Positions 50,768-60,382 of a DNA stretch of 64,000 nucleotides are shown piece after piece. Every line of letters starts with the position of its first letter. The first letter of the stretch is position 1. The translations under genes and the position numbers were made by a program. Source of the stretch: an uncultured Candidatus Saccharibacteria bacterium (lineage in GTDB: Bacteria; Patescibacteriota; Saccharimonadia; CAILAD01; BJGX01); contig CAZKFZ010000003.1 in assembly GCA_964552475.1 (NCBI GenBank), forward strand, positions 24,078 to 88,077, given 5' to 3'. The notes beneath the pieces are model-generated. The model did not search any database. It was not told the DNA's origin and was given only the letters and a program-made list of their open reading frames with translations.

Positions 50768-50846
50768 CTAGGAACGGTTCCCAGCCAAAACTCTCGATAG
50801 TTCAAGGGCTTTGGTTGGGAGGGAGTTGGTTTTTAGGCCAACCCCC
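50768..50846 (-). repeat. Junction module 6: hairpin plus long-hairpin element
   Basis: GGGGGTTGG/CCAACTCCC, then TCCCAACCAAAGCCCTTGA/TCGAGAGTTTTGGCTGGGAA-CCG-TTCCTAG. Confidence 0.8.
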
Positions 50847-50854
50847 TCAGGAGG

Positions 50855-51175
50855 TCAGTCGAAGTACCTCTCGTTGCTGCGAAAGCTACTGAAGACTGGG
50901 ATCGAGCACCTACCGCTTCGGTTGCCACACCCCCAGTTGTTGACGTAGAGATATCCTTCCGGCACTTGGCGCCACCCGTCAAAATCATCTTCGGGGTAGC
51001 GCTCCATGTCCTTCCTCATCTCTATTTCCTTCAGCCGCTCTAGCTCTTCTACTGTCTTGGGGAGTGTTTTTGAGTCGTGGACGAAGACCATCCGCTCGCG
51101 CCTTGCTCTTTCGAGAGACACGTAGTGGTTCTCTTTGTTCATCACCCCTGCGGCGATACATCCTGCTGAACCCAT
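50855..51175 (-). CDS. Small hypothetical protein, first gene of the array
   Basis: AAGGAG SD; 106 aa. Confidence 0.65.
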   Translation of the reverse strand: MGSAGCIAAGVMNKENHYVSLERARRERMVFVHDSKTLPKTVEELERLKEIEMRKDMERYPEDDFDGWRQVPEGYLYVNNWGCGNRSGRCSIPVFSSFRSNERYFD

Positions 51176-51231
51176 TTTCTTTTCTCCTTGGTGTCGAGGT
51201 GCGTCTCAAGAGCTTTTCTTGAGCCTGCAGT

Positions 51232-51260
51232 AGTATACATTAATATCTATAAATAGTCAA
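51232..51260 (-). promoter_or_regulatory. Promoter of the array
   Basis: TTGACT-17-TATACT. Confidence 0.75.
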
Positions 51261-51357
51261 TATATATAACGACAAAATAAACACTAACAGATATAAATAA
51301 GTTTATATATTGTCGAAATAAAATCGTCATAATACAATATTGTGCTATAATTGCAGT

Positions 51358-52143
51358 ATGGAAACCGATACCCTTAAGGAATTAGGCTTGAGCGAATCAC
51401 AGGCTAAAATGTATTTACTCTTAATGCAGTATGGTAGTCTCACTCCACCCGAGGCAGCCAAACAGGCTGGCGAAACACGTACCACTACCTACTCAATACT
51501 CGAAAGACTTGAGACACTTGGCTTGGCAAATAAAAAGACTGGAGTTAAAAAAGTAACTTATAGCCCCACCAACCCAGCCGCGCTCGAAAAACTTGCTGAA
51601 GCTAAATACCAGCAGTCGGCCGAGCTAAAACAAAAAATAGCCAGTAATATGGCTCGCTATATGACATATTTTTATACCTACCAAGAACAACCAGGGGTAA
51701 GATTTTTCCAAGGTAAAGATGGCATTATTAAGATGTACGAAGACCAGTTGCGTACCAAGAAAAATATCTATTTTTTGCGTTCAGAAAGCGATGTAAATGT
51801 AATGGGTAAAACTATTTATAAGGTCATAGAAAATCGTCACAAGCTGGGTATTAAGGTCTACGGTATTGAGGCTGGTGAAGCTGACAATGTTGAGTTTTCA
51901 CGCCAAAACGACCTTAGGCTAGGCCGAAAGATATCTTTTTACCCTACTGGTATGTATAGTGCGCCGGTTAATTTTTATACCTATGGCACCAAAACCGCTT
52001 TAATATCTTATGGTGAAGAAGTGATAGGTACTATTATAGAGTCGCCCCAGATAGCCCAAGCCTTCCGGCAAATCCACACCATGCTCAAAATAGCCGTAGA
52101 TTCATTAAGTGATCGTCCTAAAAAGGGTAAACTAGAGATATGA
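51358..52143 (+). CDS. TrmB-family HTH transcriptional regulator
   Basis: LKELGLSESQAKMYL...RTTTYSILERL; PGVRFFQGKDGI. Confidence 0.85.
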   Translation: METDTLKELGLSESQAKMYLLLMQYGSLTPPEAAKQAGETRTTTYSILERLETLGLANKKTGVKKVTYSPTNPAALEKLAEAKYQQSAELKQKIASNMARYMTYFYTYQEQPGVRFFQGKDGIIKMYEDQLRTKKNIYFLRSESDVNVMGKTIYKVIENRHKLGIKVYGIEAGEADNVEFSRQNDLRLGRKISFYPTGMYSAPVNFYTYGTKTALISYGEEVIGTIIESPQIAQAFRQIHTMLKIAVDSLSDRPKKGKLEI

Positions 52144-53513
52144 ACGAAAAAAACTTGAAATCAATTTTTAAGGCCTACGACATAAGAGGCTTATCACCTC
52201 AAGAGTTGAGCCCAACAGTTGCAAATGCTATTGGTCAAGCATTTGCAATATATTCTCCCAAAGGAAAAATAGCCGTAGGTCGCGACATGCGAAAAGATTC
52301 TGGAAAGCTCGCAGATGCCCTGGTTGCTGGTTTGGCAAAACAGGGTAGAGAAGTGATAGATTTGGGGCTAATTACCTCTGATATGATCTATTTTGCGGTG
52401 GGTAAATTAAAACTTGCTGGTGGCGCGATGATTACAGCTAGCCACAACCCCGGTCAGTACGACGGAATTAAGCTTACTGGTAAAAATGTTGTGCCAATTG
52501 GTATAGACTCTGGACTACTCAAAATAGAAAAAGAAGTTGCTAGCGGACACTTTAAAAAAATCTGCGATACTGGTTGTAAGACTGGGCAAATTACTAAACA
52601 AGATATTACCCGTCAATGGGTAGAACACGCCCTAGGAACTATTGGCGATACAACTTTATCGCTTTCTATAGCAACCGATACGGGCAATGGCATGGCATCA
52701 ATTGTTTTACCACATCTCAAAACACTTACCCACCTCAGTATAGAAAGTCTGTACACCGAGTTAGATGGCAACTTTCCCAACCACCCCGCCAACCCGCTCG
52801 AGCCTAACAATACTAAATCGTTGCGAAAACTTGTAGAGAAAAACAAATTAGACTGTGGTTTGGCGTTTGATGGCGATGGAGATAGAGCATTTGTAATAGA
52901 TGACCAAGGCAATCTATTGAGTGCTAGTGTACTTGGCGCGATCATTGCCAAGGACATACTAGAGGAAAGCCCCGGCGAGACTATCTTATACAGTGCCACT
53001 ACTTCAGATATTGTGCCAGCCACTATTGAAAGTTTTGGTGGTCACTCGGTACGCACAAGGGTGGGGCACAGTTTTATTAAAGCCGAGATGAAAAAACACC
53101 ATGCTGTTTTTGCTTGTGAACATTCCGGACATTTTTACTTCGCCAACAACTACAATGCCGATAGCGGGCTCATAGCTGCACTAAAAATTCTCGAGATTAT
53201 TACTAAGTATCAAAAACCACTTTCTGAGATAGCCGCACCGTTTGCGAGTATGTTTGTGAATTCAGGCGAGCTCAACTTTACTAGCGATGACCCCAAAGCT
53301 TCTTTAAAATTACTAGAGCGCCATTTCTACAACGGTGAGTCAGACTATCTAGATGGTCTGACTGTGCGTTACCACAACTGGTGGTTTAATGCTCGCCCAA
53401 GCAATACCGAACCTTTCTTACGAGTAAATATAGAGGCCGATTCTGTTGAGATACTTAAAGCCTATCAAAAAGAGATTAACAATATTTTAAAGCCAAAGCC
53501 AAACAAAAAATAG
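52140..53513 (+). CDS. Phosphomannomutase/phosphoglucomutase
   Basis: FKAYDIRG, TASHNP, FDGDGDR, EHSGH, RPSNTEP. Confidence 0.93.
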   Translation: MNEKNLKSIFKAYDIRGLSPQELSPTVANAIGQAFAIYSPKGKIAVGRDMRKDSGKLADALVAGLAKQGREVIDLGLITSDMIYFAVGKLKLAGGAMITASHNPGQYDGIKLTGKNVVPIGIDSGLLKIEKEVASGHFKKICDTGCKTGQITKQDITRQWVEHALGTIGDTTLSLSIATDTGNGMASIVLPHLKTLTHLSIESLYTELDGNFPNHPANPLEPNNTKSLRKLVEKNKLDCGLAFDGDGDRAFVIDDQGNLLSASVLGAIIAKDILEESPGETILYSATTSDIVPATIESFGGHSVRTRVGHSFIKAEMKKHHAVFACEHSGHFYFANNYNADSGLIAALKILEIITKYQKPLSEIAAPFASMFVNSGELNFTSDDPKASLKLLERHFYNGESDYLDGLTVRYHNWWFNARPSNTEPFLRVNIEADSVEILKAYQKEINNILKPKPNKK

Positions 53514-53555
53514 AGCGGTTATTTGTTGAGTGAATTTTTTAAGTATAATTAAGGA

Positions 53556-54410
53556 ATGATAAAAGCTTCAGATACCGACAAGCGTCTCAAAAACTCCATA
53601 TTAGATTTGCTAGAGTATCTGGCTAAGTATAAGACGTCGCTGAGTGATAGCGAAATCCTACATTTATTACCGGTAAGAGCCAGTAGTGCTGGAGTGAGCT
53701 CTCATTTAAGAAATTTAGTAGATGTTGGTAAGGTAAAGAAGCTCAAAGACGGAAGCTTTGGCATAGCCAAGCAAAAGTACCCAAGCCACCACAGACTACC
53801 TGCCAAACCAAGCAGTATTCAATTGTCTAAAAAAACCAAGCGAATTATAAGGTGGGCTAGGTTAGTACCATTTATTCAATCAGTTGCAATTGTTAGTACA
53901 GATACGCTTTCTGTGCAATCTCACGCACAGAACAACCCAAGACTAATATTTATAACTCTGCCCGGAAGAATTTATTTATCCAAGGATATTATAAGAAGGT
54001 TGTTTTATCACAATAAGGATACAAAAACCGACCCAGCAACTCAACAAACAGAATACGCCAATAGTTGCCGTGATATATTCTACTCTACAGCCGGCGTCCG
54101 TTTTAGTGAAAAAATGGGCAGTAGCGATCAAGAAAGGGTGTTGTGGTTTGCTCTTGCTAAGCCCATCTATGGTCAAACTACCTGGCAAACGGTTCTTCAA
54201 AATGACAGATATATTTTTAGTCATTTACCAAACTACCCTTGGGGAGAAAGACAAAATAAGATAAATGTAGGCATGAGTCGCTGGTTAGACAAAATAGACA
54301 ACACCCTCTACCGTAGCTACTTAAAAGAAACCGCATTATTAGGTAAATATCAAGACGCTGACTCATTTTTGCGTATTCGCCCCGATGTGTTTATTGCTAA
54401 AGAAAACTAA
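53556..54410 (+). CDS. Hypothetical protein (winged-HTH-like N-terminus, degenerate nucleotidyltransferase-like region)
   Basis: 284-aa ORF; weak pattern match only. Confidence 0.55.
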   Translation: MIKASDTDKRLKNSILDLLEYLAKYKTSLSDSEILHLLPVRASSAGVSSHLRNLVDVGKVKKLKDGSFGIAKQKYPSHHRLPAKPSSIQLSKKTKRIIRWARLVPFIQSVAIVSTDTLSVQSHAQNNPRLIFITLPGRIYLSKDIIRRLFYHNKDTKTDPATQQTEYANSCRDIFYSTAGVRFSEKMGSSDQERVLWFALAKPIYGQTTWQTVLQNDRYIFSHLPNYPWGERQNKINVGMSRWLDKIDNTLYRSYLKETALLGKYQDADSFLRIRPDVFIAKEN

Positions 54411-54430
54411 ATAAATATTGTAAAAAAGTA

Positions 54431-54459
54431 TTGACACCAATGTGCTTATGTGATATTAT
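54431..54459 (+). promoter_or_regulatory. Sigma70-type promoter of the candidate ncRNA
   Basis: TTGACA-17-TATTAT. Confidence 0.75.
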
Positions 54460-54465
54460 GTATAT

Positions 54466-54974
54466 CTACCTTGGCGAAAGCCTTGGTGCACCATCTACAG
54501 GTCAACCCCATATAGTTAATATTTGGTAAAGGAGACACACGTGGTCCCACCCGGCTAGTTAGCCTCATCTACGGATGGGGCACGGGATATCCCGAAAACG
54601 CATACCGCCTCACACACATGAAGAGTCCAACCCATCCAATTTAGCTAATATTCGGGGAGCCATGATCCGAATTGAGAGACTTTAGCCCTAGCGTAAGTGT
54701 TACATGAAACACAAAAACTTACCCTAGGGCGCCCCGGTTCTTGAAGCGCTTCGAGAAGTACGCGTTTTCAAGAACAACCTGCGGCGGAGCCGCCGGAGAC
54801 CGTTTGGCCACAACTACATAAATTAGTGGTTCAAACAGGGTGAGCAGTAAAGGTTTGGTAGAGATATTGCACCTACATGGTCGCAAAGACTCACCATCAC
54901 AACCAGAAAACTGTGCCCACAGTGTCTTCGGCGGCCCCCGCCGCCTCCACACCCTCTAGTGAAGAGGGTGTTTT
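54466..54974 (+). ncRNA. Candidate large structured non-coding RNA, about 500 nt
   Basis: Own promoter and terminator (ACACCCTCT/AGAGGGTGT-TTT); no sense ORF of 60 aa or more; many stems including end-to-end pairings. Confidence 0.65.
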
Positions 54975-54989
54975 CAATTACAAAAGTTC

Positions 54990-55050
54990 TTGACACAGGC
55001 TATTTACACCAGTAGAATACTTATTAGCACTCTAAGTATGTGAGTGCTAA
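54990..55050 (+). promoter_or_regulatory. groESL promoter and CIRCE (HrcA operator)
   Basis: TTGACA-17-TAGAAT; TTAGCACTC-N9-GAGTGCTAA at 55024-55050. Confidence 0.93.
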
Positions 55051-55150
55051 TGCTTAAAGATATTTTGTAGTGCGAGGTTTGGCCGATAACATAGGTTTAT
55101 CGCTATCGCTCGCACAATAAGAACATTAACCAAAATAGGAGAAAAAGCTT

Positions 55151-55420
55151 ATGAACATCAACCCATTAGGCGACCGTGTTGTTTTGCAACAAATAGAGTC
55201 AGAAGAAACCACTAAGTCTGGTATTATATTGCCCGACAGCGCCAAAGAAAAACCCGAACAAGGCAAGGTAGTGGCGGTTGGTAGCGATGTAAAAGAAGTA
55301 AAAGTTGGCGATACTGTGCTCTATAGTAAGTATGGCCCAACTGAAGTAAAAGTAGACGACCAAGACTACATGATAGTAAAAGAAGAAGATGTCTTGGCGA
55401 CAATTAAGGAGAAAAAATAG
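55151..55420 (+). CDS. groES: Co-chaperonin GroES
   Basis: [19 protein letters not shown]. Confidence 0.97.
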   Translation: MNINPLGDRVVLQQIESEETTKSGIILPDSAKEKPEQGKVVAVGSDVKEVKVGDTVLYSKYGPTEVKVDDQDYMIVKEEDVLATIKEKK

Positions 55421-57061
<1,641 letters not shown>

Positions 57062-57198
57062 TGAAGTATTTCTTCTTGGCGCAATGCAGCGTTGCTAACT
57101 CTAGTGCTCCCTCGGTGTAGGCCCACTACACCTCGGTTCACGCTTCGTTAAGCGCCTTGCCTTGCACTCAAGCGATAAATACTTTTCAAACTTAGTAT

Positions 57199-57229
57199 AA
57201 AAAAGACCCCTATTAACGGGGTCTTTTTT
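57199..57229 (+). terminator. Intrinsic terminator after groEL
   Basis: AAAAAAGACCCC-loop-GGGGTCTTTTTT. Confidence 0.85.
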
Positions 57230-57309
57230 ATTACCCAACTATATAGACAAATAGCACATTTACTTGTTACAATTACTTACACTTTTGTACCCAACAGAAC
57301 AGGCGAGAT

Positions 57310-57747
57310 ATGTCGGTAGATCATAAGGTGATGGGGGGATTGGCACGAGATGCAGCCAAAGCTGAAGCTCAGCGAGCCAATACCGGTCTACAACCTGGTT
57401 TAGTAGTTAGAGCTAGAGTAATGGCACCTTTTGTGAAAAAAGGTAGTAATGCCGTCACTCCAGCAATTCTATTGCTACCCTTAGATCGTGGTGGCATATG
57501 GAGAGCAGTAGCTTGTACTTTCAGCCCTAACTATACCAACAACACACCTAGGCCAATGTTAAACGATTGGCAACAGCTGGGTTTACCACGCAGAACTTAT
57601 CTTTGGGCAAGAGGTTTTGCCGAGGTTCATGACTGTGAAATACTCGATCACTACGGTGTGATTACCTCTCGTGATGCTGAATTAGTTGTAAGGGCTTGTA
57701 ACTTGGTAGATTCGCCAGCCCAAAGGCTACGCAGTGCTGTAGCTTAA
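57310..57747 (+). CDS. Hypothetical protein with a weak PemK/MazF-like pattern
   Basis: PG.VV...PF...PAILL...GL...T...I...G.I...D; own promoter and terminator. Confidence 0.5.
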   Translation: MSVDHKVMGGLARDAAKAEAQRANTGLQPGLVVRARVMAPFVKKGSNAVTPAILLLPLDRGGIWRAVACTFSPNYTNNTPRPMLNDWQQLGLPRRTYLWARGFAEVHDCEILDHYGVITSRDAELVVRACNLVDSPAQRLRSAVA

Positions 57748-57843
57748 ATAACCTTACCCTATCTGTCGATGGGGTATTTTATTTGCAAAATAAATATTTT
57801 TTGCTACAATTATTAACCATCCGAACCTTAAAAATGGAGTAAT

Positions 57844-58638
57844 ATGTCTAGCGCCCAAGAACTACTAGACGAAGCAGACCAGTTTTTTCAGGTTGGGAGA
57901 TTTGATAGAGCGATAGATCGCTACACCACATCTCACAAGGCCTTTCAAGAACTTGGCGATGAATACATGGCTAATGTTTGCTTAAACTCACTCGGCTTGT
58001 CTATGGTATACGAAAATCATATCAAAGAAGGTATTGAGGCTCTTATGCGAGCTCGTGAAGCTTGGATAAGACAAAGACGTGTAACCGAGCAGGGCAAAGC
58101 AGAACGTGACCTAGGAACGGCTTATATGCTTGATGGTAGCTATTTTAAAGCCGAATATTGGCTTGTAAAGAGTAGAGATATTCTTGGTTTTAGCAACCAT
58201 ACCGACGAAAGAGGCCTTACCGAGGCAAAGCTCGGTAGAGTATATAGCTTAGACGGCGAGTTCGATCTGGTAGATGCTTGTTTTGATGAAGCATTTAACC
58301 TGATAGCGCAGGCAGGGTCAAATGACGCTATCTGTTTGGCGAATATCGACAACGCCTTTGCTTGTATGGAGAGAATGCAGTGGGGGCACATGCACAACCA
58401 CCTAGAATTAGCCTGGCAGATAGCCGAACAGGCTAAGGATCGGCTGGTTCGACAACGATTGTTGTTGATAGCTTTGAGGGTGCGTTGGCAGATTAATCAG
58501 CGAGATTGGCATTTGGCAAGGAAAATATATACCACTAAGTTTAGTAACGAGCTAGATAGACTTACACCTAATGCTGCCGAAGTATTAAACCGTGAGGTGG
58601 GGGCAAGCGAGATATCTAGCGTATTACTTCTAGCTTAA
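57844..58638 (+). CDS. TPR-repeat protein
   Basis: Repeated 'LG..Y...G.F..A' helices. Confidence 0.75.
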   Translation: MSSAQELLDEADQFFQVGRFDRAIDRYTTSHKAFQELGDEYMANVCLNSLGLSMVYENHIKEGIEALMRAREAWIRQRRVTEQGKAERDLGTAYMLDGSYFKAEYWLVKSRDILGFSNHTDERGLTEAKLGRVYSLDGEFDLVDACFDEAFNLIAQAGSNDAICLANIDNAFACMERMQWGHMHNHLELAWQIAEQAKDRLVRQRLLLIALRVRWQINQRDWHLARKIYTTKFSNELDRLTPNAAEVLNREVGASEISSVLLLA

Positions 58639-58798
58639 AACCAACATTTGTCCCTATCTGTACAACAGATGGGGATTTTTACTTGTGAAACATATGTTTT
58701 AATAAATAATGTCAATAAAATCGTACATAATAATAACCATTTTACAGGTATGAAACAATAATTATCTATAAAAATATCAAAAAACATGACAAAAAGTA

Positions 58799-58827
58799 TT
58801 GACAAAAGTAATAATATTTGATACAAT
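58799..58827 (+). promoter_or_regulatory. Strong sigma70-type promoter
   Basis: TTGACA-17-TACAAT preceded by A-tracts. Confidence 0.8.
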
Positions 58828-58875
58828 ACTTGGCGAACCTTTGAAGAGGGCAAACCGACTTGAAGGTCACACATT

Positions 58876-60264
58876 GACAAAGCAAGATTCTAAATAGATA
58901 TAAGACGGACATATGTGGCGGTGCTGCATAGACCGGTTTACTAAAATAATAGTTAGACCGGCGTGTGCAGTACCGCAGTACCCAACTAAGAGAAATACAT
59001 AGTAGCTAAATGGCGACTATGCTGATGTGTCGAACCAAGTAAGCACATCTGCCCCAAGGAGGGGTATCAACACATGTCCACCGAAACGACCACGCCCAAC
59101 ACCGACCGCGCCGAGGAGATCAAGGCCAAGAAGCGCAGCGACGCCGCCAAGAAGGCGGCTGCTACGCGACGCCGCAACGCCGCCAAGAAGGCTGCCGAGC
59201 AGGCCGCCGTCAAAGCCACCACCGCGGTGACGCCAACGGTGCCCAACAAGGCCATCCCCGCCGCCCCCATGGGCAGCGCCAAGGCCGATGAGATCTACAG
59301 CGATCTCGCGGGCATGCTCAAGCGCATGGTCGCCGACACGGCCACCGTTCTGCCGGTTCTCGACGAGAGCAAGCAGAAGTGGCTCGAGGGCATCCTGAGC
59401 GTCGACACCGACAACCAGGCCGCCGTCGTCGGCAAGGCGAGCGACATCCGGGCCGCCCACCGCATCTTCCAAGGAGTCAAGGCGCGCGTTGCGCTCATGG
59501 CTCAGGTCACCGAGGTGGCCACCCACGAGGATGCCGTCTCCATCGAGGTGACGGTGGCAGAGGAGCTGGGCAAGGCTATGGCCGACCCCAACTACCTCGC
59601 CGACCCCCGGCACCGCGAGACCGTCGGCAAGGCGGTGCGCAAGGCGCGCTCGCAGCTCAAGATCATCGCCGATTCGGAAGTTCTTCGTGTCGGTGTGAGC
59701 TGGGCCAACACCTACCTGAACGGTGGGTGGGCGAACGTGCTCAACCAGGGGTGGATGCGGGAGAAGATCGAGGACTACATCGCGATGAGCGATGAGGCCC
59801 TCTACCCTTCCCTGCGCCGAGCTGGTGAGCGCAAGAGCCTCGGCCTGTCGCTGAAGAGCCTGTTTGCCGGAATGGTGAGCCAGCTCAAGGCGCCCGGCGA
59901 GAACAAGATGACCCAGTCCGACAAGGAGTGGGTTGCCGAACTCTCGCCGATGGTCGAGCAGCTCCAGACGGTGATTGACGCGGCTCAGGCCGTGCTCGAC
60001 ATCCAGAAGGAGCGCAAGGCCGCTGCCGAGGCCAAGGCCGCAGTCACCGAGTAGTCTTGTCTACTCAACCCGGTTTTAGGAAGCGAAGTGTCCAAAAGCA
60101 CTTCAACCGGGTAAAACTAACGCCGCGATGATCGGCAAAACCTAAAATTTCATCACCTCCCCTCGTGGGGGCCAGTAGCTGGGGTAATTTGAACCCAAAG
60201 ATCCCTTTTGGATCTGCTACTGGCCCCCTGGGGCCCGCAAATAGAGAGAGAATCTTGCTTTGTC
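58876..60264 (+). repeat. Perfect 16-bp inverted repeat enclosing the high-GC gene and its structured UTRs
   Basis: GACAAAGCAAGATTCT (58876-58891) / AGAATCTTGCTTTGTC (60249-60264). Confidence 0.85.
59074..60054 (+). CDS. High-GC orphan helical protein with a basic Ala/Lys/Arg N-terminal motif
   Basis: AAGGAGG SD; third codon positions overwhelmingly G/C; SDAAKKAAATRRRNAAKK. Confidence 0.85.
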   Translation: MSTETTTPNTDRAEEIKAKKRSDAAKKAAATRRRNAAKKAAEQAAVKATTAVTPTVPNKAIPAAPMGSAKADEIYSDLAGMLKRMVADTATVLPVLDESKQKWLEGILSVDTDNQAAVVGKASDIRAAHRIFQGVKARVALMAQVTEVATHEDAVSIEVTVAEELGKAMADPNYLADPRHRETVGKAVRKARSQLKIIADSEVLRVGVSWANTYLNGGWANVLNQGWMREKIEDYIAMSDEALYPSLRRAGERKSLGLSLKSLFAGMVSQLKAPGENKMTQSDKEWVAELSPMVEQLQTVIDAAQAVLDIQKERKAAAEAKAAVTE

Positions 60265-60309
60265 TCTTTCCCAGAAGCTTTATAGCTATAAAGCTTGTGA
60301 GGAAGAAAC

Positions 60310-60340
60310 ACACCCCATCTAAAACGGGGTGTTTTTGTTT
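60310..60340 (+). terminator. Intrinsic terminator
   Basis: ACACCCC-loop-GGGGTGT-TTTT. Confidence 0.75.
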
Positions 60341-60382
60341 TTTAGTTATTTACTTTGACTACAAGGTACCAAAGGCAGTATA

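Noticed and set aside
47927-50850. Junction repeats read as a CRISPR array or integron attC sites
   Set aside because: Spacing is gene-sized and irregular, there is no cas gene or integrase, I saw no RYYYAAC/GTTRRRY ends, and G-U pairs plus hammerheads point to RNA-level function
44832-51260. Intact prophage
   Set aside because: No integrase, terminase, capsid, tail or replication genes recognised
54925-54952. CCCGCCGCCTCCAC resembling a tmRNA or tRNA 3' end
   Set aside because: No TTCRA T-loop, no CCA and no matching 5' acceptor strand
54719-54952. 77-aa minus-strand ORF
   Set aside because: No evident SD or promoter; antisense to the promoter-terminator-defined RNA
58845-58872. GGGCAAACC suggesting a c-di-GMP-I riboswitch
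   Set aside because: The GAAA-capped stem and GACGCAAAGC segment are missing
59017-59795. Overlapping ORFs of 198, 138, 71 and 67 aa
   Set aside because: Expected stop-poor alternative frames of a high-GC3 gene
58876-60264. Insertion sequence defined by the 16-bp inverted repeats
   Set aside because: The enclosed protein shows no DDE, HUH or recombinase motifs and the flanks (CACATT / TCTTTC) are not duplicated; kept as an RNA-stem hypothesis
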